From an uncultured Collinsella sp. (GTDB taxonomy: Bacteria; Actinomycetota; Coriobacteriia; Coriobacteriales; Coriobacteriaceae), in NCBI GenBank assembly GCA_965149855.1, contig CBCTTO010000005.1:1634-65633 (forward strand): a DNA stretch of 64,000 nt. The letters are read 5' to 3'. A program made the translations under genes and the position numbers. Below are positions 29,518 through 40,223 of this stretch, in pieces. The notes below the pieces were generated by a model. It made no database searches and had not been told where the DNA came from. It saw only the letters and a program-made list of their open reading frames with translations. How positions within the stretch are numbered: the stretch's first letter is position 1; each line of letters starts with the position of its first letter.

Positions 29518-30357
29518 TTATTCGCCCGGGTTGATGTTCGCATAAAACTCCGCCCCGTCGTCCAGGCGCAGGATGCCCACGCGGCCGAACTCGGAACCGG
29601 TGGCCGCCGCACAGTCGATATCGATGCGATCGGGCACGCCGGCGGTATCCTCGCCACCCAAGCGCACCATCCGCCCGCGGCCCGACTCCTCATCGAGCCC
29701 TGCCAGGCCGCCAACCTCGCAATAACGCCCCAGCGACACCGTGGGCGTGTGGCCGCTCACCACGACCGGGCCCTTGCCCTCGGCAGAAAGCAGCCCCGTC
29801 GGGGCATCCCAGTAGCCGTGACGAATCCACAGCAAGTCATCGGACGACTGCACGGCGAGCATTTGCTGCAGCAGCTCGCTATCGGCATCGACCGCTCCCC
29901 TGCCGTCGCCGCAATCGACACCATGCTCAAGCAAAAACGCACGCGCCGCCTCGGTCTGAACGCCGGCGTGCACCAGCAGATACGGTCGCTCGGCAGTCTC
30001 GACCACCGCGTAGAGCGGCAGGGCGGCAGCCCAGCGCACCAGCCCCTCGTATGCCTCAAATTCCATTTCGTTGAGCTGCTGACGCGTGGTCCAACCGCCA
30101 TTGATATCCCAGGTCTCGGCATCGAGCGGGTCCTGGCCAATGATCGCGTCGAGCATGATCTGCTCGTGGTTGCCCTTAAGCACGCGAGCGTTGGGCAGCG
30201 ACCGTACCAAGTTAATGACGCCGACCGGATCGGGACCGCGGTCGATCATGTCGCCTAGCACGTACAGCGTGTCGTCGGACGTCAGCGAGATCTTGGAAAG
30301 GGCCTCGTCCAGCGCGCGCACGTGCCCGTGAGCATCAGATGTCACATAGATCGCCAT
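29518..30357 (-). CDS. PPP-family metallophosphoesterase (Ser/Thr phosphatase-like)
   Basis: DAHG, GDMIDRG, GNHE, VHAG and GHTP. Confidence 0.92.
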   Translation of the reverse strand: MAIYVTSDAHGHVRALDEALSKISLTSDDTLYVLGDMIDRGPDPVGVINLVRSLPNARVLKGNHEQIMLDAIIGQDPLDAETWDINGGWTTRQQLNEMEFEAYEGLVRWAAALPLYAVVETAERPYLLVHAGVQTEAARAFLLEHGVDCGDGRGAVDADSELLQQMLAVQSSDDLLWIRHGYWDAPTGLLSAEGKGPVVVSGHTPTVSLGRYCEVGGLAGLDEESGRGRMVRLGGEDTAGVPDRIDIDCAAATGSEFGRVGILRLDDGAEFYANINPGE

Positions 30358-30678
30358 GGAACGCCTTTCCCTGCATTACGGCCGAAGCCCGATGCCACGA
30401 CTAAAACTTCAAGTTGAACTTAAACGTTACCCATTGTACTCCGTTGCAATAAAGCTGGAAAGTGCCACCGCTGCCAACGGTCACAAGCGGCCGCCCGCAC
30501 ACCCCGAAAACACCGCGCCACCAGCACCAACGCCCCAACCAGCACCGCCCGCGCCCCCCGCCTCGTGTCGATAATGCGAACGCCCGCGGCTCGGCCCCAT
30601 AAACCCACCATCTTTGGGTACAAATAACCGCAGACAACTGACCGTGCCACGCCAGCCACCCAGGAGCGGACACTATCC

Positions 30679-32280
30679 ATGAACCAGATACTTCTCTTTA
30701 TCGGCCTCGTCATCATTTTGTGTCTGACCATCAAACCCGTCGGCAAAAAGCTCCCCTTCCCCACCCTGCTCATCTTTATCGCGCTTGGCATGCTGTTGGG
30801 CGTCAACGGGCCGGCGCACATCGACTTTAGCGACTACGCGCTCACCGAAACCGTCTGCAGTACGGCGCTGCTGTTCATCATGTTCTACGGCGGCTTTAAC
30901 ACCAACATCGACCGTGCCAAACCCGTCGCCGCGCCCGCGGTACTGCTGAGCACCCTCGGCGTTATCGCCACCGCCGGCATCACGGGCACCTTTGCGCACT
31001 TCGCACTGGGCTTCGACTGGATCGGCGGCCTGCTGCTGGGCTCGGTCGTGGCATCGACCGATGCGGCCAGCGTCTTTAGCGTGCTGCGCGAGCACAACCT
31101 GTCGCTGAGGGACGGCACCGACTCGCTGCTCGAGGTCGAATCGGGCTCCAACGACCCCGTCGCCTACATGCTCACCGCAGTGCTCGCGACCCTCGCGGCG
31201 GGCGGCGACATCGACATTCCCGTACTGCTGGCCAAGCAGATTATCCTGGGCGTGGGGCTGGGCCTTGCCATCGGCTGGACATCCAGCCGCCTGATTGAAC
31301 GCGCACACGCAACGGCCGAGGGCGCGCAGACTATCTTTTTATTCGCTGTGGCGATCGTCGCCTACGCGCTGCCGAGCTACCTGGGCGGCAACGGCTTTTT
31401 AGCCGTATACCTGGCAGGCATTGTGCTGGGTGCGAGCGACATCACCGGCAAGGTCGAGATGGCGCACTTCTTTGACACCCTTACCGAGATGGCCGAGATG
31501 ACCATCTTCTTCTTGCTCGGCCTGCTCGTGACGCCTGCGCGCCTGCCGCAAATGCTGTTGCCGGGCCTGGCGCTCATGGCGTTTATGCTCTTTGTGAGCC
31601 GCCCCATCGCCGTCGGCCTGCTGTTGGCGCCCTTTAAGACGAACCCTCGCCAGGTTGCGCTCGTAAGCTGGGCGGGTCTGCGCGGCGCAGCTTCGGTCGT
31701 GTTTAGCCTCTTTGCCGTGGTGGCCGGTGTTCCCGGTGGGCACGACCTGTTTGACCTGGTGTTTGTGATTGCCGTATCGAGCATTGTGGTGCAGGGCTCG
31801 CTGCTGCCGGCAGTGGCAAAAAAGCTCGACATGATCGACGCAGAAGGCGACGTGCGCCGTACGTTTAACGATTACCGCGGCGAGGACGGCATGTCGTTCG
31901 TCAAGCTCAAGGTGGGCGCGGGACATCCGTTTGCCGGACGCTCGCTCGCCGATATTGGCAGCGCAACGGACATGCTCGTGGTCCTGGTGCTTCGTGACGG
32001 TGCGCACCCGGTGCTGCCCAACGGCGATACCGTAATTGAAGAAGGCGACCTTCTGGTTATGGCTGCGCCGACGTTCGAAGAGCGTGCCGAGGTTACGTTG
32101 CGCGAGGTCACCGTGACGCCCCACGGTCGCCTGGCCGGCCAGCGCCTGCGCGACGTGCCGCAAGGCAAGCATCCCTTTATCGTCGTGATGCTCAAGCGCG
32201 ACGGCCAAACGATCATCCCCGACGGCAACACCCTCATATACGCCGGCGACGAAGCCGTCATCGCCACGCTAGCGTCGTAG
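30679..32280 (+). CDS. K+/H+ antiporter (CvrA/NhaP2-like) with two TrkA-C domains
   Basis: ASTDAASVF, LEVESGSNDP and WAGLRGAAS; C-terminal PNGDTVIEEGD-type repeats. Confidence 0.92.
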   Translation: MNQILLFIGLVIILCLTIKPVGKKLPFPTLLIFIALGMLLGVNGPAHIDFSDYALTETVCSTALLFIMFYGGFNTNIDRAKPVAAPAVLLSTLGVIATAGITGTFAHFALGFDWIGGLLLGSVVASTDAASVFSVLREHNLSLRDGTDSLLEVESGSNDPVAYMLTAVLATLAAGGDIDIPVLLAKQIILGVGLGLAIGWTSSRLIERAHATAEGAQTIFLFAVAIVAYALPSYLGGNGFLAVYLAGIVLGASDITGKVEMAHFFDTLTEMAEMTIFFLLGLLVTPARLPQMLLPGLALMAFMLFVSRPIAVGLLLAPFKTNPRQVALVSWAGLRGAASVVFSLFAVVAGVPGGHDLFDLVFVIAVSSIVVQGSLLPAVAKKLDMIDAEGDVRRTFNDYRGEDGMSFVKLKVGAGHPFAGRSLADIGSATDMLVVLVLRDGAHPVLPNGDTVIEEGDLLVMAAPTFEERAEVTLREVTVTPHGRLAGQRLRDVPQGKHPFIVVMLKRDGQTIIPDGNTLIYAGDEAVIATLAS

Positions 32281-32297
32281 CCATCTCCACCCATAAG

Positions 32298-32360
32298 TTG
32301 CGGTGAAATAGGGACTGAATAGGCCTTCTAACAGCCTAAACAGTCCCTATTTCACCGCAA
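32298..32360. repeat. 63-bp palindrome family B (TTGCGGTGAAATAG...CTATT[T/C]CACCGCAA); other copies at 56526-56588 and 59799-59861
   Basis: Three copies of identical length with conserved outer arms and variable core. Confidence 0.88.
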
Positions 32361-32395
32361 GTTATTGAGGGGATAAGGTTGAGGGGTGGCTATGG

Positions 32396-32602
32396 CTACC
32401 AGCCGTCGTCCGTATCGTCGCCTGCGGCGAAGACACGGAGGTCGAGGCCTTCGCGTTCGGCTCGGGCTAGGAGCTCTTGGGGCGACTCGTCCTCGATATC
32501 CATCACGTCAAGCATGGCGGCCGGAAAGCCCACGCCCGCCGCAGACCCCACGCGGTCGAGCAGGCTCTCGCGCAGCTGACCTACGTCAACTTCGATCTTC
32601 AT
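32396..32602 (-). CDS. Small acidic hypothetical protein (68 aa)
   Basis: RBS AGGAGG before ATG 32602; GC3 bias. Confidence 0.7.
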   Translation of the reverse strand: MKIEVDVGQLRESLLDRVGSAAGVGFPAAMLDVMDIEDESPQELLARAEREGLDLRVFAAGDDTDDGW

Positions 32603-32717
32603 GGTGAAACCTCCTACCGGCCAATCGCGACCGAACAAACCGCACACCCCAAATGATGTGCAATAAATACCAGATACGGCCATAATAAAACAATGAACAT
32701 CAGGGAGGTTGCGGACG

Positions 32718-33074
32718 ATGGATAAGCTCGATGCCATGACGAAACAAGTCAGGGACTTTTGTGATGCACGCGACTGGCGCAAATATCACACGCCAAAAGA
32801 GCTTGCCATCGGCATGGCAACTGAGTCCTCCGAGCTCCTTCAGCTCTTTCGTTTTGTGAGCGACGAGCGCATTGCAGAAATGTTCGAAGACACCGAGCAA
32901 CGCCAAGCTATCGAAGACGAAGTCGCCGACACGCTCCTTTTCCTTCTGCGTTTCTCAGATTTAAATGAAATCGACCTGCCAGCGGCGCTTTCGTCTAAGC
33001 TCAAGCGCAATGGCGAGCGCTACCCCGTCGACGCATCATCTAACGAATACAGAAAGGCGAACCATCATGAGTAA
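32718..33074 (+). CDS. MazG-like nucleotide pyrophosphohydrolase (dCTP-pyrophosphatase type)
   Basis: RDWRKYHTPKEL, ExxE...EDEVAD and KLKRNGERYP; RBS GGGAGG. Confidence 0.9.
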   Translation: MDKLDAMTKQVRDFCDARDWRKYHTPKELAIGMATESSELLQLFRFVSDERIAEMFEDTEQRQAIEDEVADTLLFLLRFSDLNEIDLPAALSSKLKRNGERYPVDASSNEYRKANHHE

Positions 33075-34809
33075 TGAGTTCGCCCTTCGGCAATACACGC
33101 TTCCCCTACCCCAGCCCTTTGAGACAAGCGAATCGCTTCAGGACTTTGGCACGCCAAAGCCTGGAGCCCATCATGACGAGAGTTGGCCTGTCCTTTACAT
33201 TCTTACCAACAGCAGAAACAAGACGGCATACATCGGCCAAACAACCAATTACCAGCGCCGTATGAAACAACACGCTGCAAACGTGGACAAGGACTTCGAC
33301 CGGACCCTTCTGATCGACAATCCCACCTTCAACCAATCCGCAACGTTCGAGTTCGAGAATCGACTTATTGAGCTGTTCTGTGCCGACGAAAAATACCAGG
33401 TCACCAATGCCAACAACGGCTATGCCCAATTCGATTATTTTGAGCGGCCTCAGTATCGCCAGAGGTTCCGAGACCTCTGGACAAAGCTTCGCGAAGAAAA
33501 CTACGCGATTCATCCGATTGAAGAGCTCGAGAACTCCGATCTGTTCAAGTTCTCGCCTTTCAAGACGCTTACGCCCGACCAATACGAAACGATCGAGACG
33601 ATTTTTAAACGTCTCGAACAGGAGCATGAAGACGTAAAACATGGCAGCTCAAAAAGAGAACGTATAACCGTCGTGAATGGCGCGCCGGGAACAGGTAAAA
33701 CAATCCTCGCCATCAGTCTCATGTTCAAAATCAAAAATGAGCCCAACCTTTCCGGCCTGCGAGTCGGTTTTGTCACCCCCATGGATTCCCTGAAAAAGAC
33801 CCTCAGGAAACTCACGCACTTCCTTCCAGGGTTAAAGCCTGGCGATATCTTGAGCCCCAGTGACGTAACCAAAAATGATCGTTATGACATCCTACTTGTC
33901 GATGAAGCACATCGACTGGGTAATTATCTAAGCATGGGCTCCGGCATCAAGGCCTTCTATAGCACTTGTGATCGTCTTGACCTTCCGCACACAAGCAACC
34001 AAGTTGACTGGATATTCAAATGCTGCGACAAGGCATATCTGTTTTATGACCCCAAGCAGCAAGTCAGGGCATCCGGCCTCAATCGAGACGGTCTTGAGCG
34101 GCGACTTAACCAACTCGAAGAAGAGGGCATTGAAACTGAAGAGTTCAGCCTAAGCACGCAAATGCGAGTACGCGGCGGCGATGAGTATCTCGACTTTGTA
34201 TATGATCTACTCGATAACAAAGCGTATATGCATGCCGGCATGAAATTCAAGAATCTCTTTTCATCGGAGCCTTACGATTCGCGAACCGGGGATCCGAACA
34301 GCGATACCCCCAGATACCAGTTTGGAATCGTCAACCAATTTGAGGATTTCTGTTCCCTACAGCAAGCCAAGGAAGAAGAAGTTGGTCTATCCCGCATGAC
34401 GGCAGGTTTTGCGTGGAAGTGGGAAACGAAGAAACACAAAGACGCGTTCGACATCGTCATTGAGGGCATCCCTAAACGTTGGAACTCGAGTCAAAAGGAT
34501 TGGGTTAACTCCCCCAACGCCGTCAACGAGGTCGGATGCATCCACACGGTACAGGGCTACGACCTCAACTACGGCTTCGTAATTCTGGGGCCAGACATTT
34601 ACTACGACAACGACAAAGGGGGCGTCTGCGTTAACAAGGCAAACTTCAAAGATACCGTCGCAAAGAAAAAGGCAAGCGACGACGACCTACGAAAGATTAT
34701 CGTCAACGCCTACTACGTTCTCATGACGCGCGGCATGTTGGGAACGTATCTCTATGTGTGCAATACGGCGCTCAAGGAGTATTTGTCACGGTATATCCCG
34801 GTGATATAG
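33067..34809 (+). CDS. GIY-YIG nuclease fused to DUF2075 (Schlafen group-3-like) helicase
   Basis: VLYIL..AYIGQT...RMKQH...E..N; Walker A GAPGTGKT, LVDEAHRL, QMRV, GCIHTVQGYDL and YVLMTRG; start overlaps the MazG stop. Confidence 0.88.
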   Translation: MSNEFALRQYTLPLPQPFETSESLQDFGTPKPGAHHDESWPVLYILTNSRNKTAYIGQTTNYQRRMKQHAANVDKDFDRTLLIDNPTFNQSATFEFENRLIELFCADEKYQVTNANNGYAQFDYFERPQYRQRFRDLWTKLREENYAIHPIEELENSDLFKFSPFKTLTPDQYETIETIFKRLEQEHEDVKHGSSKRERITVVNGAPGTGKTILAISLMFKIKNEPNLSGLRVGFVTPMDSLKKTLRKLTHFLPGLKPGDILSPSDVTKNDRYDILLVDEAHRLGNYLSMGSGIKAFYSTCDRLDLPHTSNQVDWIFKCCDKAYLFYDPKQQVRASGLNRDGLERRLNQLEEEGIETEEFSLSTQMRVRGGDEYLDFVYDLLDNKAYMHAGMKFKNLFSSEPYDSRTGDPNSDTPRYQFGIVNQFEDFCSLQQAKEEEVGLSRMTAGFAWKWETKKHKDAFDIVIEGIPKRWNSSQKDWVNSPNAVNEVGCIHTVQGYDLNYGFVILGPDIYYDNDKGGVCVNKANFKDTVAKKKASDDDLRKIIVNAYYVLMTRGMLGTYLYVCNTALKEYLSRYIPVI

Positions 34810-34951
34810 ACCTAACGACCGCCCTCCCCCATGTAACCATCCTGTAAATCATAGCAGCGCACTCGAGTTTTACCGTGATGCGGTCGCGCCTGGCGCTCCA
34901 CTGTGCTAAAGTATCCCGAACGTTCAAACGACTACGAGGGGGAACTAGAAG

Positions 34952-36076
<1,125 letters not shown>

Positions 36077-36146
36077 CCCGCAACGCGCGGGCCGACCAGC
36101 CACTTCAAACCACCTGTTTAAACCAAACCTGCTAAGGAGTTTTTCC

Positions 36147-37310
36147 ATGCGTAAGATTAAGACCATCGACGACATCACTAAAGACGGCAAAGTCGAGTTT
36201 GGCGAGGGCTACGAGTTTGTGGGCACCGCCGAGGAGGCCGACGCCATCCTGATGCGCTCGACCGACCTGCACGGCTACGAGCTGCCCGAGGGCATCCGCG
36301 CCATCGCCCGCTGCGGCGCCGGCGTCAATAACATCCCCGTCGAGGAGTACGCCAAAAAGGGCGTCGTCGTCTTTAACTCCCCCGGTGCCAACAGCAACGC
36401 CGTCAAGGAGCTCGTCCTGGGCATGCTGGTGCTCTCGAGCCGCGGCGTGGTGCAGTCGATGAATTGGGTGCGCGACAACGCCGACGACCCCGAGATTCAG
36501 GTCGACGCCGAAAAGGCCAAGAAGGCCTTTGTGGGCCGCGAGCTCAAGGGCAAGCGCATCGGCGTTATCGGTCTGGGCAACGTGGGCTCCAAGGTCGCCA
36601 ACGCCTGCGTCGATCTGGGCATGGATGTCTACGGCTACGATCCGTTCATTTCCGTCGAGCACGCGTGGGTGCTGAGCCGCGAGGTGCAGCGCGTGGGCAC
36701 GCTCGAGGACCTCTGCCGCGGCTGCGACTACCTCACCGTGCACGTGCCCAGCAAGGCCGACACCATCGGCATGATCAGTACCGAGCAAATCAACCTGCTG
36801 GCACCCGACGCCGTGCTCATCAACTACGCGCGCGAGACCATCATTGACGAGGACGCCGTCGACGCCGCCCTGCGCGAGGGCAAGCTTAGCTGGTTTAGCT
36901 GCGACTTTGCCACGCCCAAGACCGTCAAGATGCCCAATACGTTTATCACCACGCACTCGGGCGCCGGCACCGGCGAGGCCGAGGCCAACTGCGCCGACAT
37001 GGCGATCAGCGAGCTCAAGGATTACCTGGAAAACGGCAATATCGCGCACAGCGTCAACTACCCCGCCTGCAGCATGGGCAAGGCGCGCGCCGCGAGCCGC
37101 ATCGCCTGCCTGCACGCCAACGTGCCCAACATGATCGGCCAGATCACGGCCATTCTCGCCAAGGACAACGCCAACGTGCAGCGTATGACCAACGAGTCCG
37201 CTGGCGAGAACGCCTACACCATGTTCGACACCGACGAGCACCTGAACAGCAGCACCATCGAGGCGCTCAAGCAGATTCCGTCGATGTATCGCGTGCGCGT
37301 GATCAAGTAG
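36147..37310 (+). CDS. serA: D-3-phosphoglycerate dehydrogenase with C-terminal ACT domain
   Basis: ARCGAGVNNIP, GVIGLGNVG and HANVPNMIGQI; follows serC. Confidence 0.92.
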   Translation: MRKIKTIDDITKDGKVEFGEGYEFVGTAEEADAILMRSTDLHGYELPEGIRAIARCGAGVNNIPVEEYAKKGVVVFNSPGANSNAVKELVLGMLVLSSRGVVQSMNWVRDNADDPEIQVDAEKAKKAFVGRELKGKRIGVIGLGNVGSKVANACVDLGMDVYGYDPFISVEHAWVLSREVQRVGTLEDLCRGCDYLTVHVPSKADTIGMISTEQINLLAPDAVLINYARETIIDEDAVDAALREGKLSWFSCDFATPKTVKMPNTFITTHSGAGTGEAEANCADMAISELKDYLENGNIAHSVNYPACSMGKARAASRIACLHANVPNMIGQITAILAKDNANVQRMTNESAGENAYTMFDTDEHLNSSTIEALKQIPSMYRVRVIK

Positions 37311-37349
37311 CGTCGGCGCCAAGCCTGCCAGACAGACCACGAAGTCCAT

Positions 37350-37387
37350 TCGGCCCCCGTTTTCACGAAACGGGGGCCGATTTCGTT
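37350..37387 (+). terminator. Terminator after serA
   Basis: TCGGCCCCCGTTT-TCACG-AAACGGGGGCCGA-TTTCGTT. Confidence 0.7.
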
Positions 37388-37395
37388 GCTCCGGC

Positions 37396-37588
37396 TGGTT
37401 TTGAAAATGCTACCCATAATAAGTTTTTTCGGATAATCGACAGTGAGGCCCTAGTCGCTAAGCACAACTGCTTTTACAAACAGCTTTATCAGGGGTTTTA
37501 GTAGGTAAAAATCGATCTCTATATGCCAAACTAAAGTTGACTGTCCATTTTCCGAAATAACTTGCTCTAGGTAGCATTTTTCAAGCCA
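37396..37588. repeat. About 190-bp imperfect palindrome with ~50-bp arms and central ATCAGGGGTTTTA (family C variant)
   Basis: TGGTTTTGAAAATGCTACC...GACAGTGA versus TGACTGTC...GGTAGCATTTTTCAAGCCA. Confidence 0.8.
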
Positions 37589-37659
37589 ATTCCAAGGAGC
37601 AATTGAAGGCTATTCGCAACTAAAACCCTAGCTTCCGCGACCATTTTCCACCCGCGCGG

Positions 37660-38709
37660 CTACATTCCCGCCCAATCGATAAAAATCTCCTCACGAAGCC
37701 GTCGTTCGAGCTTCTGCTGCCGCGGCGTCTTGTCTTTCAACGGCACATCGAGATAGGACATGATGAGTTCCATCACCACGCGGAAGGCATCGGAGTCGAC
37801 CAGCTGACCATAGGTCATCAGAACGACAGGATATCCCATCGTCTGCAGGGCCGTCGTTCGATCGGAGTCCGAGATCTTGGATTCTATGGATCCGTGAATG
37901 GCTTTACCTTGACATTCAACCAGGCACTCTCGGCTGCCGTCCTTATTTGACAGCAAGATATCGGCGTAGCGCCTATCAAGCCCCGAAATCAGGCGGGCGC
38001 TGCGCGTCATGCGAATCTCAACATTATTGGTAAGGCGCAGCCCTTCGCCGCCGCGCAGCCTCGAAAGGCCAAACAGCATCGAAGCTTGGACCTCAAGCGG
38101 CGATGCCACAACCCCCGTAATGCATTTCGCGGCACGTGTGAATGATTTAGCACCGCGGAGTCCCTGGATCTTATTGGCGAACTCCGTAAGGTCAGAGAAC
38201 TCGATCAAGGGAGGTCGTTTCCACAAGTCCGTTGGATTCCCCGAGGCATCCTTTACGTTTTCCCAGCCCAACCGTGCGTCACCCCACCGGCCCCCATATG
38301 CCTGTTCAAGTGCCAACTTTACCTGGGGCGCAATCTTGCACACGGCAAAGGTGCCACACATCTCATACATGCACATGATCAGACGCTCGTTTGAAACCGA
38401 GGAAGCCAGGGTCAGCAGGGTAAAGAGCGGGGACGCGACATCAAGGCCAAACTCTGTCTGCCGTACGGAGCCAAACGGCCTCTCCCCGTTCCAAACATGC
38501 CTGACAATGCGACCGCCTTTACGTCCGCAGCCGCCCTGTGCCAACACGTGTAATGGTGTGCCCAGGAAATGCTTGACGAGCGGATGCTCACAAAGACGCT
38601 CCCTGCGTGGATCGTCCACAGAATCGGGCAGGTCCGGCATTATTGCCAAAACCTGTGGAGGTATCCGGTGATACCGAAAGGCAGATATGTCGCACAGCAT
38701 GTCGTCCAT
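37660..38709 (-). CDS. AbiEi-like/DUF559 (Vsr-like nuclease fold) protein
   Basis: VASP..TL, ASPLE and YADI..LVECQGKAIH..D..R..AL..MGY.V..T pattern; lower GC than flanks. Confidence 0.65.
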   Translation of the reverse strand: MDDMLCDISAFRYHRIPPQVLAIMPDLPDSVDDPRRERLCEHPLVKHFLGTPLHVLAQGGCGRKGGRIVRHVWNGERPFGSVRQTEFGLDVASPLFTLLTLASSVSNERLIMCMYEMCGTFAVCKIAPQVKLALEQAYGGRWGDARLGWENVKDASGNPTDLWKRPPLIEFSDLTEFANKIQGLRGAKSFTRAAKCITGVVASPLEVQASMLFGLSRLRGGEGLRLTNNVEIRMTRSARLISGLDRRYADILLSNKDGSRECLVECQGKAIHGSIESKISDSDRTTALQTMGYPVVLMTYGQLVDSDAFRVVMELIMSYLDVPLKDKTPRQQKLERRLREEIFIDWAGM

Positions 38710-38866
38710 GAAAGGTACGTACCCACTACGTCGTTTGCGAGCCCGCCCGGACGGCAGACGCGATGGCTCGGCCTGCGAACGGTAAATACTGCTACAACAT
38801 GCACGTCGCGAATCTTCCAGGTGGCTTACAATCGGTTTGGAAAGCAGGCTGATTGTGAAGTTGCAT

Positions 38867-39372
38867 ATGGTTGATGAGGACTTTGCCTGGCGGCTTGCGC
38901 AGGAGCTTGTGAAGATTGACAGCTCAGACCCCGGCGCGTATGAGCTCGAGATCGAACAACATATCAAAGACCTGGTCGAGACATATGTTGCCAAACTCGA
39001 TTCGCCCGTGCTGGACACCGCAGAGATACGCGAGCTCGAAGTGTTCCCCGGGCGCTGCAACCTTATGATTACCGTGCCGGGCGCGAGCGGCGAGGCGCGG
39101 CTCGTCTACATCTGCCATATGGATACCGTCACCCTGGGCGATGGCTGGAACGCGGACACGACCGTCGGCTTCTTTACCAGCTACACCGACACCGCCGTCA
39201 TTGCCGGCAAGACAGGTAACCTCAATTGCATGAGCTACGGCCCCGGCTCGTTGGTGCTCACGCATAAGCCCAACGAGCCGGGGCCCATGCCGATATCGTT
39301 CGCTGCCAGAACGTGCTCATCGCGCTTGTCGACAACACGCTCTGGGACGCAAGCGTCCAAGTTGGGGCATAA
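38867..39372 (+). pseudogene. M20 (ArgE/DapE-like) peptidase remnant with large internal deletion and frameshift
   Basis: PGRCNL..CHMDTV..GW joined directly to C-terminal YTDTAVI..YGPG..HKPNE; the remaining tail (HADIVRCQNVL) is in another frame. Confidence 0.8.
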
Positions 39373-39411
39373 TAAGCCGCGAACAAACCGACTCGCGCGT
39401 TAGGACCGCCC

Positions 39412-40092
39412 ATGAAAGCACTTCCGTTTCCCTGCATCCGCCCAGCTCAGGACCGCGTGCTCGAAGCGCTGCCGCAGATGGGCGGTATCCTGAGCGGCAA
39501 CGACGCCCTGCGCGGCGCCATTGCCGACGGGCTTATGCTCAAGGACCCCGGTGCGGCATATTACGTGTACGAATGCTCCGGAGAGCCGGGGCGCGTGACG
39601 GGCGTTGTGGCAATTTGCCCGGTCGGTGTACTGACGGGCGACGGCGCGAACCCCGCAGATGCGGCCGCAGCCGCCCGTGCGATCGCCGAACTCAAAGTTC
39701 AACCTCGTCCCATGTCGCTCGCCTACGAGGCCTCGCCCGTCATGGATATCATCCTCGGCGCCGCCAAAGAGGGCGCGTCGCTCTATGCCGTCACCGACCC
39801 CGCCGGCATTACGCACCGTATGTGGGAGGTCAAGCGCGAGGATGCCGTTGCCGCCATCCGAGCCATGCTCGACCAGGCACCGGAGCCGACGCCGGCTGAC
39901 GATCCCGCCTACGCCGCCGCGCTGGCAGGGGCGGCGCAGCTCCTGGCAAACGAGGCCCGCACAGCCGACACCTACACGGGCAAAGAGCCGTTCAACTTTA
40001 CCGTTGCCGCGTTATTCCCCGCCGCACAGGTCGCCGGCGGCGCGCCGCAGGTTCCGACGGGTCTGCTCACCCACCAGATCGCACGGTTCTAA
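39412..40092 (+). CDS. Shortened, degenerate DUF1015-family protein
   Basis: PFPCIRP, YYVYE, TGVV, GITHRMW, YTGKEPFNF..LFP and TGLLTH segments; near serC-serA. Confidence 0.72.
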   Translation: MKALPFPCIRPAQDRVLEALPQMGGILSGNDALRGAIADGLMLKDPGAAYYVYECSGEPGRVTGVVAICPVGVLTGDGANPADAAAAARAIAELKVQPRPMSLAYEASPVMDIILGAAKEGASLYAVTDPAGITHRMWEVKREDAVAAIRAMLDQAPEPTPADDPAYAAALAGAAQLLANEARTADTYTGKEPFNFTVAALFPAAQVAGGAPQVPTGLLTHQIARF

Positions 40093-40136
40093 CAGGGCGT
40101 AAACGCCTCGTACAAAGACTCGATAGCTCAACAAAC

Positions 40137-40180
40137 AAGGGGCGGGGATGCAATGCCCATGCATGCATCCCCGCCCCTTT
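40137..40180. terminator. Hairpin, probable bidirectional terminator between convergent genes
   Basis: AAGGGGCGGGGATGCA...TGCATCCCCGCCCCTT. Confidence 0.65.
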
Positions 40181-40223
40181 CACATCGAGCAATGACATCG
40201 GCGATCTGTATCGCCACGCCGCG

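Noticed and set aside
32965..33066. Upstream start of the helicase ORF
   Set aside because: It overlaps the MazG gene by over 100 nt; the ATG at 33067 has an AGAAAGG RBS and a typical coupled overlap.
38710..39060. N-terminal extension of the 466-aa ORF 37660-39060
   Set aside because: It overlaps the M20 remnant on the other strand and looks like non-coding translation; start placed at 38709.
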